Assembly: GCA_017513125.1 (NCBI GenBank)
Contig: JAFWDI010000017.1
Span: 101,012 to 165,011, forward strand
Source of the DNA: Lachnospiraceae bacterium
GTDB lineage: Bacteria > Bacillota > Clostridia > Lachnospirales > Lachnospiraceae
Length of the DNA stretch: 64,000 bases
Reading direction: 5' to 3'
A program made the position numbers and the translations under genes. How positions within the stretch are numbered: the stretch's first letter is position 1; every line of letters begins with the position of its first letter. The notes beneath the pieces were generated by a model that worked only from the letters and a program-made list of their open reading frames with translations, was not told where the DNA came from and ran no database searches. Shown piece by piece: positions 53,393-64,000 of this stretch.

Positions 53393-54727
53393 ATGGCGAA
53401 GTATCAGTGCAGCGTCTGCGGTTTCATCTATGACGAAGAGGCAGAGGGAAAGCCCTTCGCGGAACTGACCGAGTGTCCCGTCTGTAAGCAGCCGGCGTCG
53501 GTATTTGAAAAGATCGAAGATCCGGCCCGGGAGAAGGCGTCGGATTATCGGTACCTGCGCGAGATTCAGGAGATGGCAAAGACCGGGAAGTCCATCATCG
53601 AGGCGATGGGCACGAAGATGCCGATGCCGAACTGGGACGACATCCTGATCCTCGGCGCGCAGCTGAACCCGCCGCCGCTCGACGAGCACGCGGAGGTGAA
53701 TATCCGCACCGTGATCGGCAAGCACGCGGAGAAGCCGATGGTGCTCGAGGGGCCGGTCTACGTCTCGCACATGTCGTTCGGCGCGCTGTCGAAGGAGGCG
53801 AAGGTGACGCTCGCGAAGGGCTCCGCCGCGGCGAAGACCGCGATGTGCTCGGGCGAGGGAGGCATCCTTCCCGAGGAACAGGCGGCGGCCTATAAGTACA
53901 TCTATGAATACGTTCCGAACCTGTACAGCCTGACTCCGGAGAACCTGCAGGCGGCGGACGCCATCGAGATCAAGATCGGCCAGGGCACGAAACCCGGCAT
54001 GGGCGGACATCTGCCCGCGGAGAAGGTCACGCCTGAGATCGCAAAGATCCGGAACAAACCGCTCGGAAAGGACGTGATCAGTCCTTCGAAGTTTGATTTC
54101 CTGAACTCGAAGAAGGATCTGAAGGAACTGGTCGACGGGCTCCGCATGGGGTCCGGCGGACGGCCGATCGGCATTAAGATCGCCGCGGGCCGGATCGAGC
54201 AGGATCTCGAGTACTGCGTGTACGCGCAGCCGGATTTCATCACGATCGACGGCCGCGGCGGCGCGACGGGAGCGAGTCCCCGGCTGGTCCGCGACGCGAC
54301 CAGCGTCCCGACCGTGTACGCGCTGGCGCGCGCGAAGAAGTATCTGGACAGCGTGGGCAGCGACATCGACCTGGTGATCACCGGCGGCCTGCGCGTGTCT
54401 TCGGACTTCGCGAAGGCGATCGCGATGGGTGCGTCCGCGGTGGCGGTGGCGAGCGCAGCGATGGTGGCGCTGGGGTGCGAACAGTATCGGATCTGCGGGA
54501 GCGGAAAGTGCCCTATGGGTATCGCGACGCAGGACCCCGAGCTGCGGAAGCGCCTGGACTGCGCCGCGGGCGAACAGCGTGTCGCGAACTATTTCCGCTG
54601 CGCGTTCGAAGAGCTGAAGACCTTCGCCCGCATCACCGGGCACAGCGACATTCATGACCTGACGATAGAGGATCTGGTCACGGTCAGCGACGAGATCGCG
54701 AACCACACGGATATCCGGCACGCCTGA
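53393..54727 (+). CDS. rubredoxin-fused FMN-binding glutamate synthase-family protein
   Basis: MAKYQCSVCGFIYDE...CPVC rubredoxin knuckles, then a GltS FMN-domain-like region (GEGG, KIGQGTKPGMGGHLP, ITIDGRGGATGA). Confidence 0.8.
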   Translation: MAKYQCSVCGFIYDEEAEGKPFAELTECPVCKQPASVFEKIEDPAREKASDYRYLREIQEMAKTGKSIIEAMGTKMPMPNWDDILILGAQLNPPPLDEHAEVNIRTVIGKHAEKPMVLEGPVYVSHMSFGALSKEAKVTLAKGSAAAKTAMCSGEGGILPEEQAAAYKYIYEYVPNLYSLTPENLQAADAIEIKIGQGTKPGMGGHLPAEKVTPEIAKIRNKPLGKDVISPSKFDFLNSKKDLKELVDGLRMGSGGRPIGIKIAAGRIEQDLEYCVYAQPDFITIDGRGGATGASPRLVRDATSVPTVYALARAKKYLDSVGSDIDLVITGGLRVSSDFAKAIAMGASAVAVASAAMVALGCEQYRICGSGKCPMGIATQDPELRKRLDCAAGEQRVANYFRCAFEELKTFARITGHSDIHDLTIEDLVTVSDEIANHTDIRHA

Positions 54728-54903
54728 AACGGGGCGCCGCGAAAGTGGGAGAAAAACGCGTTTTTACGCCGGTTTTTCGCCCGAAAGTGTATCCAAATTG
54801 AATAAATTTTTCTAAAATTGTGCCCCGCTCAGCGGGGCACATACTATATCTGGTAGAAAAACCCCGGAAAACACCAGTGACAAAATCAGGTGACATATAT
54901 CCA

Positions 54904-54933
54904 TTGACAATGCATTATTACGAGGCCTATAAT
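54904..54933 (+). promoter_or_regulatory. sigma-70-type promoter for the SH3b/SleB-like hydrolase
   Basis: TTGACA, an 18-nt spacer, then TATAAT, in an AT-rich gap. Confidence 0.5.
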
Positions 54934-55027
54934 AACTTCGCAACATTTTCTTAACATTTTTCAGAGGTTTTACCGCAGCATGCGGCCCGTCCGGGGCCGC
55001 TGCCGGACGAAAGGAACCGGCACGGAT

Positions 55028-56278
55028 ATGTTCAGAAGAGAACGCATTATCTACAGAACGGGAAAGGACCACAGCCGTGAGCTGAAGCTCGCGGTCTGTG
55101 CGCTGACCGCATGTGTGATCGTGCTCCTGATCGTCCTGCTTCTTCCGCGCATCGGCGGTATGCATACGGGCAGATCGTTCGCGGCCGGGGAAGAGACCGG
55201 AGCCGCGGAGGCCGCGGCGCCCGCGGCCGAAACGTCTGCGGCCGACACCGACGGGACTCCCGCCGGACTGCGCGCGCTGCTTTCCACGCAGGGAGCTTCT
55301 CTGGTGCGAAGCGGCCTTTCCGCTTATTTTGAGCCTGTGAACGAGGAGTTCGCGAACGTTCTGATCGCGGACGTCGAAAATTTCCTGAACGTGCGCGCGG
55401 CGGCGGATGAAGAAGGCGAGATCGTCGGCTATCTGTACCGCGGCGACAGCGGAGAGATCATCGAGCAGGAAGGAAACTGGTATCACATCACGTCGGGCAA
55501 TGTCGACGGCTGGGTCGCCGGAGACTATGTCGCAGTGGGCAATGACGCGGCGGAACTCGCGGCTGAGATCTGCGACGTCCGCGCGGTCATCCAGACCGAC
55601 GGCCTGAATGTGCGCGAGGACGCGTCGGGTGAGGCCGACGTGCTCTGCACCGTGAGTACCGGCGAACGCTATATCGTGCTGGACCAGACGGAAGACGGCT
55701 GGGTGCAGATCGAGTACGCGGACGACGGATCCACGGGCTATGTGAGCGCCGACTACGTGGAGCTGTCCATGGATCTCGGGACCGCGCTGACCGTCGAGGA
55801 GGCGGAAGCCATCGCCGAGGCGGAACGCGAGGCGGCCCGCCAGGCGGCGGAAGCGGCGGCTGCGGCCGAGGCTGCTGCGGCAGCGGAAGCCCAGGCGGCT
55901 GCACAGGCCCAGGCGGCGCCTCAGCCGACACAGCAGGCTCCGACGTCCGCCAACTATGATGAAGTTTACCTGCTCGCGTGCATCTGCCGCGTGGAGGCGA
56001 TCAATTACGAGGGCATGATCGCGGTGGCCAACTGCGTGATCAACCGCGTGAACCACCCCTCTTATCCGAACACGATCACCGAGGTCATCTACCAGCCCGG
56101 ACAGTTCGCGGTCGGCAGCCGCTTCCAGAGCTATCTGGCGAACGGCCCCGGAAGCACCGCGATCGACGCGGCGAACGCCGCTCTCGGCGGACAGAACCTG
56201 ATCGGCGGTCTGCTGAACTTCGGCGCGACCTGGGCGGGTCATACCGGATTTGTGGTCGGCGACAACGCATTTTATTAA
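55028..56278 (+). CDS. cell-wall hydrolase: TM anchor + two SH3b domains + SleB-like (Hydrolase_2) domain
   Basis: MFRRERIIY start. SH3b-like FLNVRAAADEEGEIVGYLYRGD and GLNVREDASGEADVL. C-terminal EAINYEGMIAVANCVINRV...YQPGQF. Confidence 0.8.
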   Translation: MFRRERIIYRTGKDHSRELKLAVCALTACVIVLLIVLLLPRIGGMHTGRSFAAGEETGAAEAAAPAAETSAADTDGTPAGLRALLSTQGASLVRSGLSAYFEPVNEEFANVLIADVENFLNVRAAADEEGEIVGYLYRGDSGEIIEQEGNWYHITSGNVDGWVAGDYVAVGNDAAELAAEICDVRAVIQTDGLNVREDASGEADVLCTVSTGERYIVLDQTEDGWVQIEYADDGSTGYVSADYVELSMDLGTALTVEEAEAIAEAEREAARQAAEAAAAAEAAAAAEAQAAAQAQAAPQPTQQAPTSANYDEVYLLACICRVEAINYEGMIAVANCVINRVNHPSYPNTITEVIYQPGQFAVGSRFQSYLANGPGSTAIDAANAALGGQNLIGGLLNFGATWAGHTGFVVGDNAFY

Positions 56279-56305
56279 GCGCGGCATCTGTGCTAAAATA
56301 GCGGC

Positions 56306-57787
56306 ATGAAAGAACGAGTGTCCGCGTTTTTAAGAGAACATGAACTTCTGCAGGCAGGCGGAACCGTACTGGCCGGGGTATCCGGCGGGGCGGATTCCGT
56401 GTGCCTGCTTCTGTTGCTGAAAGAACTGGAGCCGGAGACCGGCGCGCGGGTCGCGGCGGTCCATGTGAACCACTGCATCCGCGGCGGGTCGGCGGACGCC
56501 GACGAAGCTTTCGTGCGGGCGCTCTGCGAGCGGATCCGCGTGCCCCTCACGGTCCGTACCGTCAATGTTCCCGCCCTCGCGAAAGACCGCGGCCTTTCGC
56601 TCGAGGAAGCCGGCCGCGAGGCCCGCCTGCGTGTCTTCGCGGAGGAAGCGGCGCGCCTGGGCTGCTCTGCCGCGGCGGTCGCCCACCACAGGGATGACGC
56701 TGCCGAGACCGTGCTGATGAACCTTCTGCGCGGGTGCGGGCCGGAGGGCCTGGCGGGCCTGCAGCCGAAGAGACCGCTGCCCCCGACGGAAGCCGGAGCC
56801 GCTCCCGGCGTCATGCTGATCCGTCCGCTCCTCTGCGTGACGAAGCGCGAGATCACTTCCTGGCTGGAAGCGCGCGGCGAGACCTGGCGCGAGGATGAGA
56901 CGAACGCGGAGCCCGGCGCCTTTCGAAACCGGATCCGGCTGGAGGCATTGCCCCTGCTCGAGGAGATTCGGCCCGGCGCCGCGGAGAATATCCTGCGGCT
57001 TTCCGAGCTGGCGGAAGAGACCGCCGGCTTTCTGGAGCGCGAGGCCGGAGAGGTGTTCGCCCGGGCTCTGGAGGAGGCCTCCGGGGCTTCGGCGGCGGAC
57101 GGAATGCCGGAAGCGCCCGGAACCGTGGCATTGGACGTGAAGCGCCTGCGCGAGGCGGATCCCGCGCTTCTTCCCTATGTGATCCGCACCGCCCTGGCGG
57201 AGTTTCGGGGCGACCTGCACGACATTTCTTCCGCGCATATCGACGCGGTGCGCGGGCTCATCCTGCGCGATACGGACGGGGCTGCGGACCTTCCCGGGAC
57301 CCGCGTGCGGCGGACGGGCGGGAAGATCGTGTTCGCACCGCCGGAACCGCGCGGCCGGACAGCGGAGCACCCCGAAACGGATCCTCGCCGCGCCGCGGCC
57401 CTTCCGAACATGGAGTTTACGGTCCGCGACCGGCTTCCCGGCGAGATTTTCCCGGAAAATCCATATACGAAATGCTTCGATTATGATAAGATATCTCAGA
57501 ATATCGTCATCCGCCGGCGGCTCCCGGGAGACTTCCTGGAGGTGAACGGCGGGACGAAACTTCTGCGGCGCTGGTTCATCGACGAAAAAGTCCCTGCCGG
57601 CGTCCGCGCGGACGTTCCCCTGCTGGCCGACGGCAGCCACGTCATGTGGATCGTGGGCGGGCGGATGAGCGACCGCTATAAAGTCGGGCCTGACACCCGG
57701 CGCATCTTAGAGGCAAGACTGACGGAACGCGAAACAGTCTCCGGTTCCGGACCGGAGGCCACCAGTCCCTCAGTAAAGGAGCAGTAA
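56306..57787 (+). CDS. tilS: tRNA(Ile)-lysidine synthetase
   Basis: PP-loop VLAGVSGGADSVCLL. 493 aa. Confidence 0.9.
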   Translation: MKERVSAFLREHELLQAGGTVLAGVSGGADSVCLLLLLKELEPETGARVAAVHVNHCIRGGSADADEAFVRALCERIRVPLTVRTVNVPALAKDRGLSLEEAGREARLRVFAEEAARLGCSAAAVAHHRDDAAETVLMNLLRGCGPEGLAGLQPKRPLPPTEAGAAPGVMLIRPLLCVTKREITSWLEARGETWREDETNAEPGAFRNRIRLEALPLLEEIRPGAAENILRLSELAEETAGFLEREAGEVFARALEEASGASAADGMPEAPGTVALDVKRLREADPALLPYVIRTALAEFRGDLHDISSAHIDAVRGLILRDTDGAADLPGTRVRRTGGKIVFAPPEPRGRTAEHPETDPRRAAALPNMEFTVRDRLPGEIFPENPYTKCFDYDKISQNIVIRRRLPGDFLEVNGGTKLLRRWFIDEKVPAGVRADVPLLADGSHVMWIVGGRMSDRYKVGPDTRRILEARLTERETVSGSGPEATSPSVKEQ

Positions 57788-59689
<1,902 letters not shown>

Positions 59690-59758
59690 TGTGATACTGC
59701 GGGGGCAGCGCCGGGCGCGCTGCCTTCGTGCATGAAACGGACAGGTCGAAGAGACAGG

Positions 59759-61873
59759 ATGAGAGAGATCCGCATAGATCGCGAAGCCGTGTTTTCGGAC
59801 GGGACGGGAAATTTCCGCAGTCCCGCTTTTTGTGACGCGGGCAGCCGGGTGCGGATCGCGCTGCGCACGGCGAAGGGAAATGTGATCACAGCCCGCCTGA
59901 TCCTGCGCGCCGGCGGAGACGCCCGGACGGAGGAACGTCCGGCGCAGCCCCGGGTCATCTTCATGGACTACGAGCGGTCGGACGCACTGTTCGATCTCTT
60001 CACCTGCGAAGTCGAGGTCGGCGCGGAGCCGGTCCGCTATCATTTCCTGCTCGCTTCGACGGACGGCAGCGATCTGTGCTGTTACGGGCGGCGCGGCGTG
60101 TTCGAGCGTTCGCGGGGCGCGGATCCCTGCTGCGCGGAGGACGCCGGACAGGATCTCGAGATCATTCCCGGACTCTCCGTGCCGGAGTGGGCGCAGGGCC
60201 GCGTGTTCTACCAGATCTTCGTGGACCGCTTCGCGAACGGAGATCCGGACAATGACGTGCTGCCTTACGAATATCCTTACATCGACGGAAACTGGGCGAA
60301 CGCGCCCGGGGCGCACGACACCTGCACGTTCGCGGGCGGCGATCTGCAGGGTGTGATCAATAAACTGGATTACCTGAAGGGCCTCGGGATCGGGGGCATC
60401 TATCTGAACCCGGTCTTCGTTTCGCCCTCGAGCCATAAATACGACACGCAGGACTACGACGCGGTCGATCCGCATTTCGGGCGGATCGTCCGGGACGAAG
60501 GCCCGCTCCCGCTGTCAGTGGCCGGCGAGCCGTCCGGAGACGCGCTCGCACGCTACCGCTGCCGCACGACGGTCCCGGAGAACCTGGAAGCCTCGAACGG
60601 GCTTCTGGCCGAACTGATCCGCGAGGCGCACGCGCGCGGGATCCGAGTGATCCTGGACGGCGTGTTCAATCACTGCGGTTCGTTCCATAAGTGGATGGAC
60701 CGCGAAGGGATCTACGCAGGGGAGGAACCGCCCGGCGCGTACGGACATCCGGAGAGCCCGTACCGGGATCATTTCCGATTCGCGGAGGACGCCGCGGAGG
60801 ATGACGCCGGCCCGCCGTTTGAAGGCGAGTACGAGGGTTGGTGGGGCTACGAGACATTGCCGAAACTGAACTATGAGGGGAGCCCGGCACTGCGCGAAGA
60901 GATCCTCCGGATCGCGAAGAAGTGGCTTTCGCCGCCCTACGACGCGGACGGCTGGCGCCTCGACGTCGCGGCGGATCTGGGGCACTCCCCGGAGTTCAAT
61001 GCCTCCTTCTGGCGCAGCTTCCGCGCGGCCGTGAAGAGCGTCTCGCCGGAGAAACTGCTCATCGCGGAACACTACGGCCCCGCGGCCGACCGCCTGCGCG
61101 GCGACCAGTGGGACGGCCTGATGAACTATGACGGCTTTATGGAGCCCGTGAGCTGGTTCCTGACCGGCATGGACAAACACTCCGACACGAAGCGGGAGGA
61201 GCTCGAGGGTGACGCGGACGCGCTGTTTGCCGGCCTGCTCGGCCCGATGGACGAGGTCCAGGCGGGCCCCGTGTCCGTCATGATGAACCAGCTGTCGAAT
61301 CACGACCATTCGCGCTTCATGACGCGCACGAACGGTGTGTGCGGACGCGTGGAGGACCTCGGCCCCGAGGCGGCTTCCGAGAACATCCGCCCCTGGGTCT
61401 ACATGCAGGGGCTCATGATCCAGATGGTCTGGCCCGGCATGCCCGCGGTCTATTACGGGGACGAGGCCGGCATGTGCGGCTTCACGGATCCCGACGACCG
61501 CAGGCCCTACCCCTGGGGGAGCGAGGACCGCGAACTGATCGAGTTTCACCGCTACATGATCGGGCTGCGGGGGAACAGCCGGGCGCTCCGGCTGGGATCG
61601 ACCGCGGTGCTGGCGTCGGAACCGGGCCTCGCGGCATTCGGCAGATTCACCGCGGAGGAGGCCTATGCCGTTGCGGTGTGCACCGGCGAGGCGCGGGATG
61701 TGACATTGCCCGTCCGCGTGCTCGGCGCTGCGGAAAGCTGCACCTGCGAGCGGCTGATGCTGACGGCTCCCGGCGGCTATAACGTAGGACATGTCTATGA
61801 AACGGTCACGGACGGAAAGCTGACTTTCCCGATGGAAAAAGGCTCCGCCGTGCTCTGGAGGATACGCATATGA
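59759..61873 (+). CDS. GH13 alpha-amylase-family enzyme (neopullulanase/cyclomaltodextrinase-like)
   Basis: GH13 regions DGVFNHCG, GWRLDVAADL, AEHY and NHDHSRF. Start is either ATG 59759 or 59732. Confidence 0.85.
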   Translation: MREIRIDREAVFSDGTGNFRSPAFCDAGSRVRIALRTAKGNVITARLILRAGGDARTEERPAQPRVIFMDYERSDALFDLFTCEVEVGAEPVRYHFLLASTDGSDLCCYGRRGVFERSRGADPCCAEDAGQDLEIIPGLSVPEWAQGRVFYQIFVDRFANGDPDNDVLPYEYPYIDGNWANAPGAHDTCTFAGGDLQGVINKLDYLKGLGIGGIYLNPVFVSPSSHKYDTQDYDAVDPHFGRIVRDEGPLPLSVAGEPSGDALARYRCRTTVPENLEASNGLLAELIREAHARGIRVILDGVFNHCGSFHKWMDREGIYAGEEPPGAYGHPESPYRDHFRFAEDAAEDDAGPPFEGEYEGWWGYETLPKLNYEGSPALREEILRIAKKWLSPPYDADGWRLDVAADLGHSPEFNASFWRSFRAAVKSVSPEKLLIAEHYGPAADRLRGDQWDGLMNYDGFMEPVSWFLTGMDKHSDTKREELEGDADALFAGLLGPMDEVQAGPVSVMMNQLSNHDHSRFMTRTNGVCGRVEDLGPEAASENIRPWVYMQGLMIQMVWPGMPAVYYGDEAGMCGFTDPDDRRPYPWGSEDRELIEFHRYMIGLRGNSRALRLGSTAVLASEPGLAAFGRFTAEEAYAVAVCTGEARDVTLPVRVLGAAESCTCERLMLTAPGGYNVGHVYETVTDGKLTFPMEKGSAVLWRIRI

Positions 61874-61986
61874 TGAACTTAAGTGATAAGAGAACGAAGA
61901 AGAAGCTGCGCATCGCGATTCTGGTTGTGGTCATCGTGCTGGTCGCCGCGATGGTCATTCCGATGGTGCTGCAGTATCTGATGTAA
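61870..61986 (+). CDS. possible 38-aa single-pass membrane micro-protein
   Basis: ATG overlaps the GH13 stop (atATGAtg). MMNLSDKRTKKKLRIAILVVVIVLVAAMVIPMVLQYLM has a basic head followed by one TM helix. Confidence 0.35.
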   Translation: MMNLSDKRTKKKLRIAILVVVIVLVAAMVIPMVLQYLM

Positions 61987-62033
61987 GCCCGTCTGATGTG
62001 CGCGGGTCTGCCCCGCGCGGGAACGGAGAAGCG

Positions 62034-62528
62034 ATGATCAACATAGTTCTTCTGGAACCGGAGATTCCGCAGAACACGGGCAATATCGGGCGCAGCTGCG
62101 TTGCCACGGGCAGCCGCCTGCATCTGATCGGGCCGCTGGGCTTCCGGCTGGGCGAAAAAGAGATCCGCCGCGCCGGGCTCGACTACTGGAAGGATCTCGA
62201 CGTGACGACTTACGGGAGCTTCGCGGATTTCCGCGCGCAGTACCCGGACGTGCGCCTGATCATGGCCACGACGAAGGCGCGCCGGAACCACACCGAGATC
62301 GAGTACGGCGAAGACTGCTGGATCATGTTCGGGAAGGAGAGTCTGGGGATTCCCGAGGAGATGCTGGTCGGAAACGAGGAGAACTGCGTGCGGATCCCGA
62401 TGATCGGCGACACGCGCTCGCTGAACCTTTCGAACTCCGTGGCGGTGATCCTCTACGAGGCGCTGCGGCAAAACGGTTTTCGCGGACTGAATGAACGCGG
62501 TGAGCTCCACAGGCTTTCATGGGATTGA
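62034..62528 (+). CDS. trmL: tRNA (cytidine/uridine34-2'-O)-methyltransferase
   Basis: MINIVLLEPEIPQNTGNIGRSC..., FGKESLGIP and SLNLSNSVAVILYEALRQ. Confidence 0.85.
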   Translation: MINIVLLEPEIPQNTGNIGRSCVATGSRLHLIGPLGFRLGEKEIRRAGLDYWKDLDVTTYGSFADFRAQYPDVRLIMATTKARRNHTEIEYGEDCWIMFGKESLGIPEEMLVGNEENCVRIPMIGDTRSLNLSNSVAVILYEALRQNGFRGLNERGELHRLSWD

Positions 62529-62552
62529 CAGATCGTTTTCGGGGAGGACGCA

Positions 62553-63458
62553 ATGTCGGCATTCTATACATTCCTCAAGGCAGGCGCGCGGGTGATCGGC
62601 TTTTCGAAGCCGCTGAAACGGAGCCCCGCGGAGATCATCGAGAAGTCCCGGCAGGAGAACCTCTGGCGCGGGCTTCCGGACCTGCACGATCCGGAGCTGG
62701 ATATCCGGACGGAGAGCATTGACGGCCGTCCGCTTCTGTGCATGCGCCATAAGGACGGCGGCCGGAAGCTTATTCTGTATATCATCGGCGGCGGCATGGT
62801 GAAGGCGCCCCGGCACGAGGCGATCCTGCGCGCCGTGCGGATGGCGAAGGTGACCGGGAAGGACGTGTTCATCCCGTACTATCCGCTGTGCACGGATCAT
62901 CCCGCGAGCGCGGCCTATGAGATGATCCTCGCGACCTACCGGCGGATCCTGCGGGACTACGCGCCGGAAGACGTCGCTCTTCTGGGCACTTCCTCGGGAG
63001 GAAACCTCGCTCTGGGGCTGATCGCGCACATGAACGCGCTCGGACTGGATCTGCCGAAGCCAGCGGTGATCTTCGCGCTCTCGCCGGCGACCTGCCCGGA
63101 CAGCCGGGAGGAGTACCGCCTGATGAAGGCGCACGACCGTACGGATTTCATAATACCGGCGAAGTTCCTGCACACGCTTGAGAAGATCATGCGCCGCGGC
63201 AGCGACAGCGTGAAGGATTACATGGTCTATCTGAAAAAGGGAGACTACACTGGATGCCCGCCCGTGCGGCTGGTCTATGCGGATACCGAGACGCTCTACG
63301 GCGGCTGCCCCGGGATCGAGGCAGCGCTGAAGAAGTACGGGGTCCCGTACCAGAAGATCATCGGGAAAGGCATGTTCCACTGCTATCCGATCTATATGGC
63401 GCCCAGAGAGGCGCTGGAGGCGAATAACCGCCTGATGGAGCGGCTCGCGTCCTGCTGA
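62553..63458 (+). CDS. alpha/beta hydrolase (esterase/lipase, Abhydrolase_3-like)
   Basis: IIGGGMV oxyanion-type block and the nucleophile elbow GTSSGG. Confidence 0.7.
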   Translation: MSAFYTFLKAGARVIGFSKPLKRSPAEIIEKSRQENLWRGLPDLHDPELDIRTESIDGRPLLCMRHKDGGRKLILYIIGGGMVKAPRHEAILRAVRMAKVTGKDVFIPYYPLCTDHPASAAYEMILATYRRILRDYAPEDVALLGTSSGGNLALGLIAHMNALGLDLPKPAVIFALSPATCPDSREEYRLMKAHDRTDFIIPAKFLHTLEKIMRRGSDSVKDYMVYLKKGDYTGCPPVRLVYADTETLYGGCPGIEAALKKYGVPYQKIIGKGMFHCYPIYMAPREALEANNRLMERLASC

Positions 63459-63502
63459 GCCGCGCGCTGTGTTCCGCGCAGCGCCCCGTGCCGGCGGGCA
63501 TG

Positions 63503-63528
63503 AAAAAAGCGCCGCCCGGAGGCGGCGC
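63503..63528 (-). terminator. terminator of the TetR-family gene
   Basis: gcgccgcc-cgga-ggcggcgc hairpin. The A6 run on the + strand is a U run on the minus strand. Confidence 0.7.
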
Positions 63529-63549
63529 ACGTCCGATCGATCGTCGTCC

Positions 63550-64000
63550 TCAGCCCGTTACGGCCTCGAAGTAGCCTTCGAGTTCTTCCGGCGTGGCGGT
63601 CAGTCCGGTGCCGAACCACCACTTCACCGCCTCCATGAACGCGCTGCAGTAGAAGTTGATATAGAAATCCTCGGGAAGCTCCTGCGGCAGACTGCCGGCG
63701 GGGGCTTTTTTCTGCGCTGCGATCACAGCCACCTGCTTCTTAAAATACGACCAGAACAGGTCCGCGCTCTCGCACGAAAAGATCCGCGTGTAACGGTCGC
63801 GGTCGTCCTTCAGGTGGTAGAGGATGTGGGTCAGCCGTGCGCGCAGGCCGTGGTCTTCCGAAAAATCATGCGAATGTTCGCGGCCGTGCGGCTCGAAAAT
63901 ATGCGCGAACAGCTCGTCGCAGGTCGCCATGAAGAGCGCGTCCTTCGTCTCGAAATGCGCGTAGAACGTGCTGCGCCCGATGTTCGCGCGGTCAATGATG
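63550..64000 (-). CDS. TetR/AcrR-family transcriptional regulator (N-terminus outside window)
   Basis: The frame continues upstream of the listed Met: reverse complement of 63931-64000 reads IDRANIGRSTFYAHFETKDALF, a TetR HTH tail. Confidence 0.75.
   Translation of the reverse strand, partial: IIDRANIGRSTFYAHFETKDALFMATCDELFAHIFEPHGREHSHDFSEDHGLRARLTHILYHLKDDRDRYTRIFSCESADLFWSYFKKQVAVIAAQKKAPAGSLPQELPEDFYINFYCSAFMEAVKWWFGTGLTATPEELEGYFEAVTG

Noticed and set aside
54934-55027. c-di-AMP (ydaO-type) riboswitch upstream of the SleB-like hydrolase
   Set aside because: The leader is only about 90 nt and I see no conserved ydaO-like pseudo-symmetric motifs.

Overview
High-GC (roughly 60-65%) Bacillota/Clostridia-type chromosomal segment that is densely coding and mostly housekeeping. 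I found no transposase, integrase, phage gene or CRISPR array. Recognisable genes include metG, proS, cca, tgt, yajC, serC-serA, recJ, apt, tilS-ftsH, trmB, trmL, trxA, rarA, aroK and two tRNAs. Metabolic and accessory content: (1) a cobalamin-riboswitch-controlled BtuFCD-type ABC importer; (2) two paralogous clostridial-type (OYE + FAD + 4Fe-4S) enoate reductases; (3) a fldAIBC/hadAIBC-like 2-hydroxyacyl-CoA dehydratase cluster; (4) a 1540-aa wall-anchored adhesin with ester-bond-type repeats; (5) a SCIFF-type radical SAM maturase with no precursor gene next to it; (6) an uncharacterised three-gene module (1178-aa helical giant, degenerate Hsp70/actin-fold protein, TPR-like protein) inside the long rarA-to-yajC co-directional gene string. 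The most unusual signal is non-coding. It is a family of about 220-235-nt imperfect-palindromic elements that fold as a rod, an internal loop and a three-way junction. Three full copies (1465-1699, 34901-35135, 35262-35481) and two fragments lie in this window. Their stems carry fully compensatory substitutions, and their conserved sequence blocks sit in the unpaired internal loop. Many very long ORFs antisense to real genes are GC-driven artefacts. All calls come from reading the sequence and ORF translations and from family motifs recalled from memory; no database search was run.
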